DNA of 64,000 nucleotides from Anaerolineales bacterium (lineage in GTDB: Bacteria > Chloroflexota > Anaerolineae > JAAEKA01), in assembly GCA_020634615.1 (NCBI GenBank), contig JACKBI010000001.1:459261-523260 (forward strand). The letters are read 5' to 3'. The position numbers and the translations under genes are program-made. The notes under the pieces were generated by a model, which was given only the letters and a program-made list of their open reading frames with translations, was not told where the DNA came from and did no database searches. Shown one piece after another: positions 8,858-17,898 of this stretch. Position 1 is the first letter of the stretch. Every line of letters starts with the position of its first letter.

Positions 8858-9637
8858 ATGAGACGAACAAAATTGGAAGCCGCGTTAGCCATCTTGCTGG
8901 CGCTAACTGTGCTTCTTCAAGGTGTACAGCAAGCGTCGGCGAGCGATACGAAGCCGGGGTCTTCCTTGACACAGTATACGGTTGAAACCATAACAACCGA
9001 GTTCAGGAGACTGGATCCCTTTGTTTCCTCCGGGGATGGGAAACAGGTGTTAGATATAGAAGAAGCTAAGAAAGCTGGTTTTTCTGACACCATTCTTGCT
9101 CTCGCAGGTGAGGTGATTGATTATCAGAATGAGGTGCGTGAAATTGCCCAACAAGGCGAAAAAGCAGATGTGCGGCAAATTGATATTCCAGTGACAGGCT
9201 ATCCGTTACTTACGGAGTTTGAAGCTATGTTGAGCCGCTATCAGCCCGTCGACCAGGGAGCAACTAGAGCCCCTGACACTCACGCTTGCGGGACGTATGC
9301 CCATCCAGTTCCAAATTATACCCCTCCTCGCTCTCCCATGGGATGGTATCCTAATGCGCACAACACTTTGTTGAGCTGGGGCTTTCATCAAACGGCAGGG
9401 TATGCATGTGGAGGCGATCCCTTCGTCCCATGCGAGCGAGATTACACACGAGGACGGGGATACTCTAGCCAATACGGTTATTGCGATTCCCCCCGTTTTC
9501 GCGATCACGGAACTCGGGATGCGGCAAATCATGACATATGGATTCAATATGGAGAACCAAATCCTGAGATATTTTCCTATGGGTGGCCCTATTGGGACTG
9601 GGGATGGTATGCAGAGTGGTGGCATGACACTTACTAG
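8858..9637 (+). CDS. secreted hypothetical protein with a Trp/Tyr-rich C-terminus (…YGWPYWDWGWYAEWWHDTY)
   Basis: GGAGG RBS 7 nt upstream. Signal peptide MRRTKLEAALAILLALTVLLQGVQQASA. Cys-containing mid region (HACGTYAHP…YACGGDPFVPCERDY…GYCDSP). Confidence 0.55.
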   Translation: MRRTKLEAALAILLALTVLLQGVQQASASDTKPGSSLTQYTVETITTEFRRLDPFVSSGDGKQVLDIEEAKKAGFSDTILALAGEVIDYQNEVREIAQQGEKADVRQIDIPVTGYPLLTEFEAMLSRYQPVDQGATRAPDTHACGTYAHPVPNYTPPRSPMGWYPNAHNTLLSWGFHQTAGYACGGDPFVPCERDYTRGRGYSSQYGYCDSPRFRDHGTRDAANHDIWIQYGEPNPEIFSYGWPYWDWGWYAEWWHDTY

Positions 9638-9785
9638 TACAGCCGGGCGTAAGCAAGGTGAGGGTTGCCCGCACGATGTTATGCCTTCGACTGGCTCAGG
9701 CCAGGACTGAACGGGTCTAACACGAAAACTCGCTAGGAAACGAGGGTTATTGCTGTCAATCCAGCATCCATTCGAGCATCCAACA

Positions 9786-9829
9786 TCAGTGAAGCATCTC
9801 GCCTCACATGCGCAGCGAGATGCTTCACT
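9786..9829 (+). terminator. perfect 16-bp stem hairpin (CAGTGAAGCATCTCGC … GCGAGATGCTTCACTG) downstream of the 8858..9637 gene
   Basis: Inverted repeat seen directly, followed by a T-containing tract (ACGTATCTTGT). Confidence 0.5.
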
Positions 9830-9931
9830 GACGTATCTTGTCGTAAGGGTTGTGTACTCTCGACCCGTTTAGCATGGCAACTGTCTGGGTATTTACGCCC
9901 ACAAGTCGCTGACCAAGTTTACTGGCTTCAA

Positions 9932-10330
9932 GTGAATCATACGACTATGAATCGCAGAAAAAATGCTATCATCCTTATCGTTGTTTTCTTGATGATAGGT
10001 TGCGCCAGCGGTTTGATACTGGCAAACAGCAGAGTTGTCAAGAGACTGTTCGTAAATAACGTTTACGATAATAGGGAGCACTTTCTCAGTTGCGAAGAAC
10101 TACCTTCTCAGACCGAAGTAATGAAAATAGTAGAGGAGCACAAAGATGTAATCCGCGCAATCGAGCAAGTCCATCCAGGATTTGTCGATATAGAAATTGA
10201 CACCGCGAGTTGTCCAGGAAAAGCAGATATTGGAATCTGGTATCCGTCTCATCGAGATAGACTGGCTATTGAAGAACTCATTGACGGCGATACTTTCTTT
10301 GGAATACCGTACAGGTTACGAAATTACTAA
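9932..10330 (+). CDS. hypothetical membrane-anchored or lipoprotein-like protein
   Basis: Low-GC ORF with an N-terminal hydrophobic segment (AIILIVVFLMIGCASG). An alternative start is at 9947. Confidence 0.4.
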   Translation: MNHTTMNRRKNAIILIVVFLMIGCASGLILANSRVVKRLFVNNVYDNREHFLSCEELPSQTEVMKIVEEHKDVIRAIEQVHPGFVDIEIDTASCPGKADIGIWYPSHRDRLAIEELIDGDTFFGIPYRLRNY

Positions 10331-10561
10331 CGACGTAACCGATTTTGTCCTGTCAAGCATGATTTGATAGAAATAAATCCCCTTTCGCTTTGCCGTTTCT
10401 CCTGCTTGGCGGTTTGCTTTTCCGTGCTGCCCGACTAAAGAGAGGGTAGGCGAATTGCTACTACTGGTGTTCGCCGAGACATGAACATTATCTTTGGAAT
10501 AACACTTCTGCCGAAGTTCTTCCAGCAACTTGTACGTAATGAGGACGGCCAAAAGGGAGAA

Positions 10562-11251
10562 ATGACCATGAGAAGAAAGATCATCGTCCTATGTACAGTA
10601 TTGTCAGTGGCCATAGGAAGCACGCTGATTGTCAAAGGTCTAGAGGAAATTGCTGGTGCGGCATCCACAGCCTCGGTGTCACCTAACGAGTGGCCTTCAT
10701 TTACGATGGTGTACGAGGATTGGAGGCTTGGTTCCAACGACGAGCAGCCCCAAGTGCAAGCCGTCAAGCTGATCTACCACGACAAACGGCATTGGAAGAC
10801 TGAGCTACTAGCTCACAACGATGCCGTGGACGTCGTTGGGACATGGGCAGAATATCATGGCGCGGAAATGCGTAGCTTTGACCCGCGTACCGGAGAGCTG
10901 CGTGTGGATCAACAGGATATTCCTGAAGATGCTGTGTATGTTCCCGAGCAGTGGCTCATTCCGGGTACCATTCCCAGGTTGCTCACGCAACAAAATGCTG
11001 AGCAACTCTCCGGATCGAGTGGAGGGCTGGCTGTATTGGTGCTTGAGGAGAATTTGCCGTGTCAGGCGCCTACAGAGGCAATGTTCCGCGCTGGTATACA
11101 GCCTTGTGATAGCGAATATCGAGTATCTCGACGCGAGATCACCTATCGCGAATCTGATTTCTTGCCGGTTGGGATTGTCGATAGCCTTGATGGCGTAGAG
11201 GTTCATAGGGTAACTGTAACCGAGTTGGTCATGAAGAACGGGGAGGAGTAA
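10562..11251 (+). CDS. hypothetical secreted or membrane-anchored protein
   Basis: GGGAG RBS. Signal-anchor MTMRRKIIVLCTVLSVAIGSTLIV. Confidence 0.45.
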   Translation: MTMRRKIIVLCTVLSVAIGSTLIVKGLEEIAGAASTASVSPNEWPSFTMVYEDWRLGSNDEQPQVQAVKLIYHDKRHWKTELLAHNDAVDVVGTWAEYHGAEMRSFDPRTGELRVDQQDIPEDAVYVPEQWLIPGTIPRLLTQQNAEQLSGSSGGLAVLVLEENLPCQAPTEAMFRAGIQPCDSEYRVSRREITYRESDFLPVGIVDSLDGVEVHRVTVTELVMKNGEE

Positions 11252-11257
11252 TGCTTA

Positions 11258-12193
11258 ATGTCTATGCTTACCCATACAGAAAGAGGGACACTACTGTGCG
11301 ATTGCGAAAGCGAAGCTGCACAATTGGATAACAATAACGTGGCTTACAGCTTCAACCGTTGGTGGCTATTGCTGATCGGCATCGGCTTGGCTGCCATCCT
11401 GTTGCTTGCATTGCCCGCTTCCCAGATGCCTGAGGTGGATGCATGGTCGTTGGTCAACAAAACGCCAGACGGGTCCGCCTTTCTAGTGGATGCTGACCAT
11501 GTGGGCTATGCACGAGCTACTGTCTATCGACGTGCGAATCCCGATCAACAGGAGCCTGCCGATTCATATCACAGTCCCGTTCTTCCTCTCTCTTCCGACA
11601 CCTTTCTTTCTGAAACCTGGGCTCGCGGCGGCAACACTGGCCAAACACGAGCTACCTTTCGGGATAAAGAATCGGGGCGTTTGATTTCAATGATGATCGA
11701 CACTGGGGAGAGTGTGTTCCTTTTTGATGAAACGACTGAAAACGGGATGTGGATACCGTCGTCAGGCGCCGCTGGAGCGGACGGGCAGCGGGGGCCATCG
11801 TCTGAAGTGCCGTTGGCTGAAGGAGAAAGGGAAGGATATGCGGTGACGGACGTGGTTATCTCTTCCTGGGGGCGGCCAGCCTGGGTGGTACAACACCGCT
11901 TTGATCCTGCCTCAATGGAGGCGGACCGGCCAGGACCCAATTTCCCTTCCGACCTGGATATTCAGGCCCTCGAAACCAGGTGGGTAGTAGACAAGGAGAC
12001 CGGGCAGTTTGTTCGAACAGAACAATGGGCCAATACGCCCGCCGGCTCCGTGCTTCTCGAACGTGTCGAAACCGAGCCGTTGGAGATCTTGCCGCTGGAT
12101 AGCCTGCCCGCTACATGGCTTGAAGCGCCTGAAGATGTGCCCCAGGCCACACTGCCGGCGCTGGTGGCGCCCACCATACGCAGCGCAAACTGA
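11258..12193 (+). CDS. hypothetical single-pass membrane protein
   Basis: TM helix WWLLLIGIGLAAILLLAL after a ~35 aa cytoplasmic N-terminus. Abuts the stop of the upstream gene. Confidence 0.45.
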   Translation: MSMLTHTERGTLLCDCESEAAQLDNNNVAYSFNRWWLLLIGIGLAAILLLALPASQMPEVDAWSLVNKTPDGSAFLVDADHVGYARATVYRRANPDQQEPADSYHSPVLPLSSDTFLSETWARGGNTGQTRATFRDKESGRLISMMIDTGESVFLFDETTENGMWIPSSGAAGADGQRGPSSEVPLAEGEREGYAVTDVVISSWGRPAWVVQHRFDPASMEADRPGPNFPSDLDIQALETRWVVDKETGQFVRTEQWANTPAGSVLLERVETEPLEILPLDSLPATWLEAPEDVPQATLPALVAPTIRSAN

Positions 12194-12241
12194 ATCAACC
12201 TCAAGTTGGTGATTGTATGCAGACCTATCTGAGGAGCAACG

Positions 12242-12496
12242 ATGCAAGAATCAACCAGACATATACGTGATTCGATAAATATAGAACAGCATTGGGCGTC
12301 TCTGACCAGGCGCGAGCGTGAGGTGTTGGCGCTGGTAGCGCAAGGCAAGAGCAATCGAGAAATTGCTCAGAAACTTAGCATTACTGACAAGACGGCGGGG
12401 CATCATGTTGGTCATATCTTGAGGAAGTTGGAAGTGTCGTCCAGAACCCAAGCCGCCTTATGGGCGATCTGGACAGGTACAGCAGAAATGGGATAG
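12242..12496 (+). CDS. LuxR/GerE-family HTH transcriptional regulator (stand-alone DNA-binding domain)
   Basis: LTRREREVLALVAQGKSNREIAQKLSITDKTAGHHVGHILRKLEVSSRTQA is the classic LuxR-type HTH signature. Confidence 0.6.
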   Translation: MQESTRHIRDSINIEQHWASLTRREREVLALVAQGKSNREIAQKLSITDKTAGHHVGHILRKLEVSSRTQAALWAIWTGTAEMG

Positions 12497-12623
12497 GGAC
12501 AAGTCCCTATAGAAATAGGGAATTCTCCCGATGACAGCCCAAAGCAGAAGTGCTACAATATTGGCATCGGTGGAAAGTCCTACGAGTAAATCACCAAATA
12601 TGGTCGTAAAAGGAGCATATACG

Positions 12624-13277
12624 ATGAAATCCACAAAGTTCGTTTCCCTCTTGGTCCTTCTGGCATTGCTGACCATGGGGATCCAACCAACGTTCGCCCA
12701 CGTAATCGGTCCTAACTCGCCAATTTCGCACATCCCCCTTGCAGACGAACCAATAGTCGATGAGCCCGTAATCAGCACCGTAGAAACCCAAGAGTGGGTG
12801 CAAGGACCAGGTGAACTGGGAGGCAGATACGTAACAGTTACAAAGGTGCTGTTGTCTCAGACCGCGACTGTGCGTGTGCCTCAACCAGGATTGCCTGCAA
12901 TCCAAACTAACGTACAACCTGATTGGGTTGTTTATTCCGGGGACTACGTTATGACAATGGAGAGGTGGCTGCGAAATTCCCCTGATTGGCTAGGTAGACC
13001 TTGGGTAGATGCAGGTGGCTCCACGGCCACCAACGTCACTGCACAGGAGATACGCGTCTCTGGAACCCACTGGTATGGCGGAAGTGGTTGCAATAGCCAA
13101 GGCCCCAACTTTAGTGGGACCAATTACAACACTACCTCAGTTTCGGCACAGACGGCTCAGAATTTGTTTGGTGGCAATCAGTATCACTGCGTTAAATCAG
13201 GTACACACCAGGCAAAGATCAACGGTTCTTGGCCATTCTGGGTAACAGGTCAAGAAGGGCCCACTGCTTATTGGTAG
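12624..13277 (+). CDS. secreted hypothetical protein
   Basis: AAAAGGAGC RBS. Signal peptide MKSTKFVSLLVLLALLTMGIQPTFA. Confidence 0.5.
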   Translation: MKSTKFVSLLVLLALLTMGIQPTFAHVIGPNSPISHIPLADEPIVDEPVISTVETQEWVQGPGELGGRYVTVTKVLLSQTATVRVPQPGLPAIQTNVQPDWVVYSGDYVMTMERWLRNSPDWLGRPWVDAGGSTATNVTAQEIRVSGTHWYGGSGCNSQGPNFSGTNYNTTSVSAQTAQNLFGGNQYHCVKSGTHQAKINGSWPFWVTGQEGPTAYW

Positions 13278-13435
13278 CCTGAATTCACGAAAGACAAGTC
13301 TCGGCACGATGCAGTAGATAAAGTAGAGACGCTACCAGGGTATCGAAACTCAGGTCGAATGGTTGTGCAACGTATTAGAAATCGCTGGACTTGCTTGCTC
13401 AAAGTTCTTACGTGAGTTTGGCAATGTGTCTTCGA

Positions 13436-13470
13436 GAATGTACCAGGCAGTTGCACCGCCTGGTACATTC
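13436..13470 (+). terminator. rho-independent-like terminator hairpin (GAATGTACCAGGC…GCCTGGTACATTC, then ATTT)
   Basis: Perfect 13-bp inverted repeat with a 9-nt loop, downstream of the 12624..13277 gene. Confidence 0.5.
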
Positions 13471-13548
13471 ATTTGGTAGGCTACTATCCGCAGAGTTTTG
13501 GCCGAGTGAACCTATTGTTGTGACAAAACTTCCTCAAGGTGTATATCA

Positions 13549-14757
13549 ATGGCGCTACTGTCACCTGACAAACTCTCTGGCAAGGTAGTTATCTTGTTTA
13601 TCCTGATAGCTTCTTCATTGGGGGTCGTATTGTTGGATGATTTGGTTCTCTCGAAAAACTGTACTGGCCCCTATGTTCTTTCTCGCAGAGATTGCATGTT
13701 ACTGCGTTCTCCGTTGATATGGCTCGCGCCCGACCGTACAGTTGTATTCGCAGAGCCCGAAATTCTGCCGACGCCGGTCATTCCTATAGGGGTCAATCCA
13801 ACAGAGATTAAGGAGAATAGCCCTGAGGAGCAAATGGAAGTTGTAGGAATAGCGCAAACGAATGAAGGAGGCTATGTCAGTCTTCAAGGAACCTGGTTGG
13901 AGCAAGGAAGCGGTGATAACGCACTCTACGTCGTCGAAAACGGAGCACCGTTTATCGGGCAGCTAGAACTTGGATCTTTTGAGTCCAAACCTCGCTCTTA
14001 TATCATCAATTGCTTGATCGACTTCATCCAGTTGCCATGCGGCCCGGCGGCGCCGCTCCTACAGTTCATCACACTAGATTATGGCCAAGTCGTCAAGATA
14101 CCCATCCATATCACTGGACTAGAACCTGGGCTGCACGACCTCACGGTGGTCTTTGATCAAGATTTGGGTGTAGATCGCGACAATCCGCAGGCCGAGGCAC
14201 GTTTGCTTTCCAAAGTAATGGCAATTCGTGCAAGCATAGCTGTTGGTCGTGATACAACCCCTATCGCCCGATCGTTCCAAAGCTTGCCCATACCGCTTCA
14301 TACAACTGGTCTGGATGGGCTGGCGGTGAGTACGAAGATAATGCCGTGGGATCGGTACGGTGGGATACAGCAGAAGACGTTTCTTCAAGCTGACCCTGGG
14401 CAGAAGATCACCCTGTATCTCCACCTCTCGAATAGTCAGCCCGTCCAGGTTGATTATGCACTGTCTGCGTTTTTGGATCATCAGCAGATCCCTCTGGTCC
14501 GTCGCGGCCAAGGCCATGTACCGCTGTATGTCTCCGCCAAGTCGCAAGCGCTGTATGTGATTCCTATTGAGTTTACGTCTCCTTCCCAGCCTGGTCATTA
14601 CGAATTCGTCGTTTACGGCGAGCCATTTCCCCAGGCGCGAATGGATCTGACGAGGCAAACGTTTGAAGGACAATTAGACTACGGCCTGGGGATCGACATG
14701 TGGTCATCGTCTAAGATCTATCTCGATGTGAACGACCACAAATTGCCGCGTGAGTAA
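13549..14757 (+). CDS. hypothetical membrane-anchored protein
   Basis: Long ORF with an N-terminal hydrophobic segment (VVILFILIASSLGVVLL). No recognisable family. Confidence 0.45.
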   Translation: MALLSPDKLSGKVVILFILIASSLGVVLLDDLVLSKNCTGPYVLSRRDCMLLRSPLIWLAPDRTVVFAEPEILPTPVIPIGVNPTEIKENSPEEQMEVVGIAQTNEGGYVSLQGTWLEQGSGDNALYVVENGAPFIGQLELGSFESKPRSYIINCLIDFIQLPCGPAAPLLQFITLDYGQVVKIPIHITGLEPGLHDLTVVFDQDLGVDRDNPQAEARLLSKVMAIRASIAVGRDTTPIARSFQSLPIPLHTTGLDGLAVSTKIMPWDRYGGIQQKTFLQADPGQKITLYLHLSNSQPVQVDYALSAFLDHQQIPLVRRGQGHVPLYVSAKSQALYVIPIEFTSPSQPGHYEFVVYGEPFPQARMDLTRQTFEGQLDYGLGIDMWSSSKIYLDVNDHKLPRE

Positions 14758-14763
14758 GAGGTT

Positions 14764-14915
14764 TTGACGCTCACTTTCCTATGATCGACAGCACGCGGGG
14801 ATCACATGGGCAGCAACCGCCGAAAATCACAAACAATCATGAAAAATCACAAAGTCTCATGAAATCTGGGGCGGTTTTGTGGTATGGTGGATGTGTCGCT
14901 GAGGAGTTTGGCGAT
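14764..14915. promoter_or_regulatory. conserved upstream element, copy C (direct repeats at 14825-14864, TGGTAT box, conserved leader)
   Basis: About 88% identity to copy B, including the non-coding remnant DAHFPMIDSTRGSHGQ. Precedes the AGGAGG RBS and ATG of 14950. Confidence 0.5.
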
Positions 14916-14949
14916 GAATCTATCAGCCTAATTTGCGAGGAGGATCAAG

Positions 14950-16395
14950 ATGGCAAAACGCGCGATTTCTGGACTGTTATTGGTCTTAATTGTAGTTGCC
15001 TCGGCCCGCTCGGTCGCGGCTTCTCCCGCAGCTCAACCGATACCACCACATTGGCAATTGTCCGGTTGGTATTCTCCTGGGTTCTGGGACAACACGGTTC
15101 CAAATGGCCAGTACGCTCCTACAGGGTATCGCCACGGCCATTGGTTCTACGATGGAGGTGGCCCTCCCGAGTACGTCTTTGGCAGCATTATGGACTGGAC
15201 TCAAGCCAGAGCAGATAACGTCAGATACTACAGCAACAATCTGCGGTTCTGGTGGTGTGATTTGGTCTACATGTATTACACCCATGACCACACTGACATG
15301 AGCGGGAAACTGAATGGAGTGGGAGCCGGGACCAATATGCCCAATCCTACGTTTGATCGAGATGATGACGCACCGGCGGATGGCAGATATGAGGAATACG
15401 AGGTCGTTAGTGTCAACCAATCGTTCCCTCAGAGTAGTCCATTCTTCTATTCGTTTGTCTCATATTACGAGAAGCAAGTTTCTGGACCCGGCTACCTTTT
15501 GGAGACTCCTGCGCTTTCTGCAAAGCCGTGGTGTATGAGCGAATACAACACCTGGCGCTATGATGATCATCCTCAAAGGCTGGACTACAATGACGTAGAA
15601 CTGGGAATGGTATTGGACAGAGATACTGATAGTGTTGCTCAAACACAAAGCAATTTGTATCCGATCAGTCCTGTTAGTGGGACTATCTCTGCTGGTCCAA
15701 TACAGTTGCATACAGTAACCGATTATAGAGTACCACGTATTCTGATTGGAGCCGCATATCCTGTGAGCACCAGAAGCGATCTCGATGCCTATGTCGACTT
15801 TGTGAAGTCTGGCTTGATGACACCGTTGCGTCACGAAGATGTAAACAACGTGCTGACAATTGTGACTTTCAATGAGCCCGTGTCTCGAAAAGTTCTTGAA
15901 GAAATACTCGGCCTATCAGACGCATCTCAAATCGAGATGATCAAGGCAGTGTATTCTGACGTGAATGATCCAAACTCGGCCACTAATACCTGGACCTTGG
16001 AAGCTCATCCCGAAGGAAATTCAAACTACACTGACGGCTTAAGTACACTGGCATCAAGCATCAGTTCTATGGAATTGATGCCAAACCGAGAGGAAGCTGC
16101 CGATACTCTTGGTGAGGTTCCATTGTCACCTCGCCTGGAGATGATTGGCTTTGTCGCGATCGAACTCTGGCTTCCCATCGAACAAATTGATTATCTTAAT
16201 GAACACGAGATGATCTTCCTGGCTGATCCCCTACCAACCTATGCTCGCATGCTCGTATCTCATACAGATGAGGCTGTTCGCATCCGATCGATGAATGATG
16301 ACCTATATCAGCTGCCAGACGGCATCGAAGCATTCATCATTGCTGATTTCACCGATCTCTATTCAGAGATGCAATTCCTTTCACAAGAAAGGTAG
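14950..16395 (+). CDS. secreted hypothetical protein (481 aa)
   Basis: GAGGAGG RBS. Signal peptide MAKRAISGLLLVLIVVASARSVAASPAAQP. Confidence 0.55.
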   Translation: MAKRAISGLLLVLIVVASARSVAASPAAQPIPPHWQLSGWYSPGFWDNTVPNGQYAPTGYRHGHWFYDGGGPPEYVFGSIMDWTQARADNVRYYSNNLRFWWCDLVYMYYTHDHTDMSGKLNGVGAGTNMPNPTFDRDDDAPADGRYEEYEVVSVNQSFPQSSPFFYSFVSYYEKQVSGPGYLLETPALSAKPWCMSEYNTWRYDDHPQRLDYNDVELGMVLDRDTDSVAQTQSNLYPISPVSGTISAGPIQLHTVTDYRVPRILIGAAYPVSTRSDLDAYVDFVKSGLMTPLRHEDVNNVLTIVTFNEPVSRKVLEEILGLSDASQIEMIKAVYSDVNDPNSATNTWTLEAHPEGNSNYTDGLSTLASSISSMELMPNREEAADTLGEVPLSPRLEMIGFVAIELWLPIEQIDYLNEHEMIFLADPLPTYARMLVSHTDEAVRIRSMNDDLYQLPDGIEAFIIADFTDLYSEMQFLSQER

Positions 16396-16445
16396 ATACT
16401 GCTTCAAATCGGCCTCGGCAGCTATACAGCCCGATACATATACAA

Positions 16446-16474
16446 GGAGCGAGGCCACAATGTGTGGCCTCGCT
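16446..16474 (+). terminator. palindromic hairpin GAGCGAGGCCACA-AT-TGTGGCCTCGCTC
   Basis: Perfect 13-bp inverted repeat about 50 bp after the stop of the 14950..16395 gene. Confidence 0.45.
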
Positions 16475-16698
16475 CGCGATCTTAAGGTAACAACTCCTAA
16501 GCCAGAGACTGCATACACCTATGAGAGAACCAAATGCAACTCTCGACATCATCGCAGTAACCGGCAAACTCCCCCTGATTCTGAGAACCTCGAACTACTT
16601 ACCTGGGCATTTGCCAGGCAAGACCGAGGCACAAAACTGGCGCGAATGATCTTCTTTGTCTTCCATGATCGCAACATCCTTGGTCTGGGAAAGGCGAT

Positions 16699-17220
16699 TT
16701 GATCGGACCAACAGGTCTTAGGAGTTCCACAGTGAGCAAACGACGTTCCGTTGCACTAACGCTTGCATTGGTCACGATTGCGGCCGGCTATCTGGCAGTG
16801 CTCTTTATTGTCTCCCAGATCTACTACAGCTCGTCCATCGGAATCGATCCTCGCAGCGCTGCTTCCTTCGCGGTTTCCCTCGTCATCTTGCCCTACGTGG
16901 TTGGGGGCGTCTTTCTGGGTCTGTTCAGCAAGAGCTATGATCCCAAACTGGCGCTGGCCGCCGGCCTGATCGCCACCATCGGCGAACGGCTGCTGATTCT
17001 GGGGTTGGCGGCCTGGACGCTGGGCGGTTTTCGCCAGCTGAACTCCGCCGGAGAGGTCTACTACGTGGAGGGCGGGCCGGACCTGCTGGGAGCCATCCAA
17101 TCTGAAGCCCTCCCCTACTTTACCTGGGTCTACATCCTGCTGGGCATCCTCGTGAGCATTCTGGCCCTGCTGGTTGCTTACAAGGCCGTGGCGTGGTTGA
17201 GGCAGCGACAGCGGGGATAG
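16699..17220 (+). CDS. hypothetical integral membrane protein (4 predicted TM helices)
   Basis: Hydrophobic segments (LTLALVTIAAGYLAVLFIV; FAVSLVILPYVVGGVFLGLF; LIATIGERLLILGLAAW; WVYILLGILVSILALLVAY). Confidence 0.4.
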   Translation: MIGPTGLRSSTVSKRRSVALTLALVTIAAGYLAVLFIVSQIYYSSSIGIDPRSAASFAVSLVILPYVVGGVFLGLFSKSYDPKLALAAGLIATIGERLLILGLAAWTLGGFRQLNSAGEVYYVEGGPDLLGAIQSEALPYFTWVYILLGILVSILALLVAYKAVAWLRQRQRG

Positions 17221-17271
17221 CAAGGTAACCAGACGATTGCCCTACCGTTGTACTCATGCTACAATGCCCCC

Positions 17272-17595
17272 ATGAAGCCGATACCGATCAACGAGAAGCT
17301 GGTCTGGGATTACGACATCCCGGAGGATGCGCAGGAGAACGAGGCGTTTCGCCGGTGGTACCTGGCGCGGGTGTTGTCACATGGCGGTGACGCTGATCTG
17401 CGAGCGATCGGCTTCCAGACCATCCATGATTATCTTCCCGAACTCAACCTGCCCCGCGAGATCAGGGAATTCTGGTATTGGTACTTCGGCCAGCCGCACG
17501 CCAGGGAACGCTATGGCGAGCTTGACTCCACTCAAGTTGACTATGGTTATCGAACCAGCGAGTTGATGCAAGACGTGACCCATCCTAGAACGTAG
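17272..17595 (+). CDS. hypothetical protein
   Basis: ORF with the start MKPIPINEKLVWDYDIPEDAQ. No family assignable. Confidence 0.35.
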   Translation: MKPIPINEKLVWDYDIPEDAQENEAFRRWYLARVLSHGGDADLRAIGFQTIHDYLPELNLPREIREFWYWYFGQPHARERYGELDSTQVDYGYRTSELMQDVTHPRT

Positions 17596-17627
17596 CGAGG
17601 GCAAGCAACGCGACGGAGAGTCAAAAC

Positions 17628-17656
17628 GGCCGGGAACTGTACGACAGTTCCTGGCC
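17628..17656 (+). terminator. hairpin GGCCGGGAACTGT-ACG-ACAGTTCCTGGCC after the 17272..17595 gene
   Basis: 13-bp near-perfect inverted repeat in a convergent intergenic region. A second hairpin lies at 17681-17700. Confidence 0.4.
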
Positions 17657-17764
17657 GTTACGCGTAGCGGCCCCATGTAAGGCGGCTTGGGAAAGCCGCC
17701 GGCTCCTCACCGGCAGACAGCGCGCCGGCAACCACTGCCTGTTGGCCCCAATTGCGTTGCCAGC

Positions 17765-17867
17765 TTCGACGCCGGTTCGCATCGGAGGATGCGAACTCCG
17801 CGGGGTCGTCTTTGCAGGTCTTCGACATCGCAGCCGGTTCGCATCGGAGGATGCGAACTCCGCGGGG
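17765..17867. repeat. two ~41-bp direct repeats (CTTCGAC…GCCGGTTCGCATCGGAGGATGCGAACTCCGCGGGG), each with an internal 9-bp stem GTTCGCATC/GATGCGAAC, separated by ~17 bp
   Basis: Seen directly. Located between convergent genes (17595 end and 17899 end). Confidence 0.5.
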
Positions 17868-17898
17868 CGCTACCACACTATCGAACTACCGCACTAAC

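Noticed and set aside
9709-9870. 9-bp inverted repeats (GAACGGGTC / GACCCGTTT) flanking the 9786 hairpin, considered as a MITE
   Set aside because: Too short and single-copy within the window, with no target-site duplication evident. A terminator hairpin explains the central structure.
17765-17867. Two 35-41 bp direct repeats with a short unique spacer, superficially CRISPR-like
   Set aside because: Only two copies, each itself a hairpin, lying among other terminator-like hairpins between convergent genes. No cas genes or leader. More consistent with a REP/terminator element.
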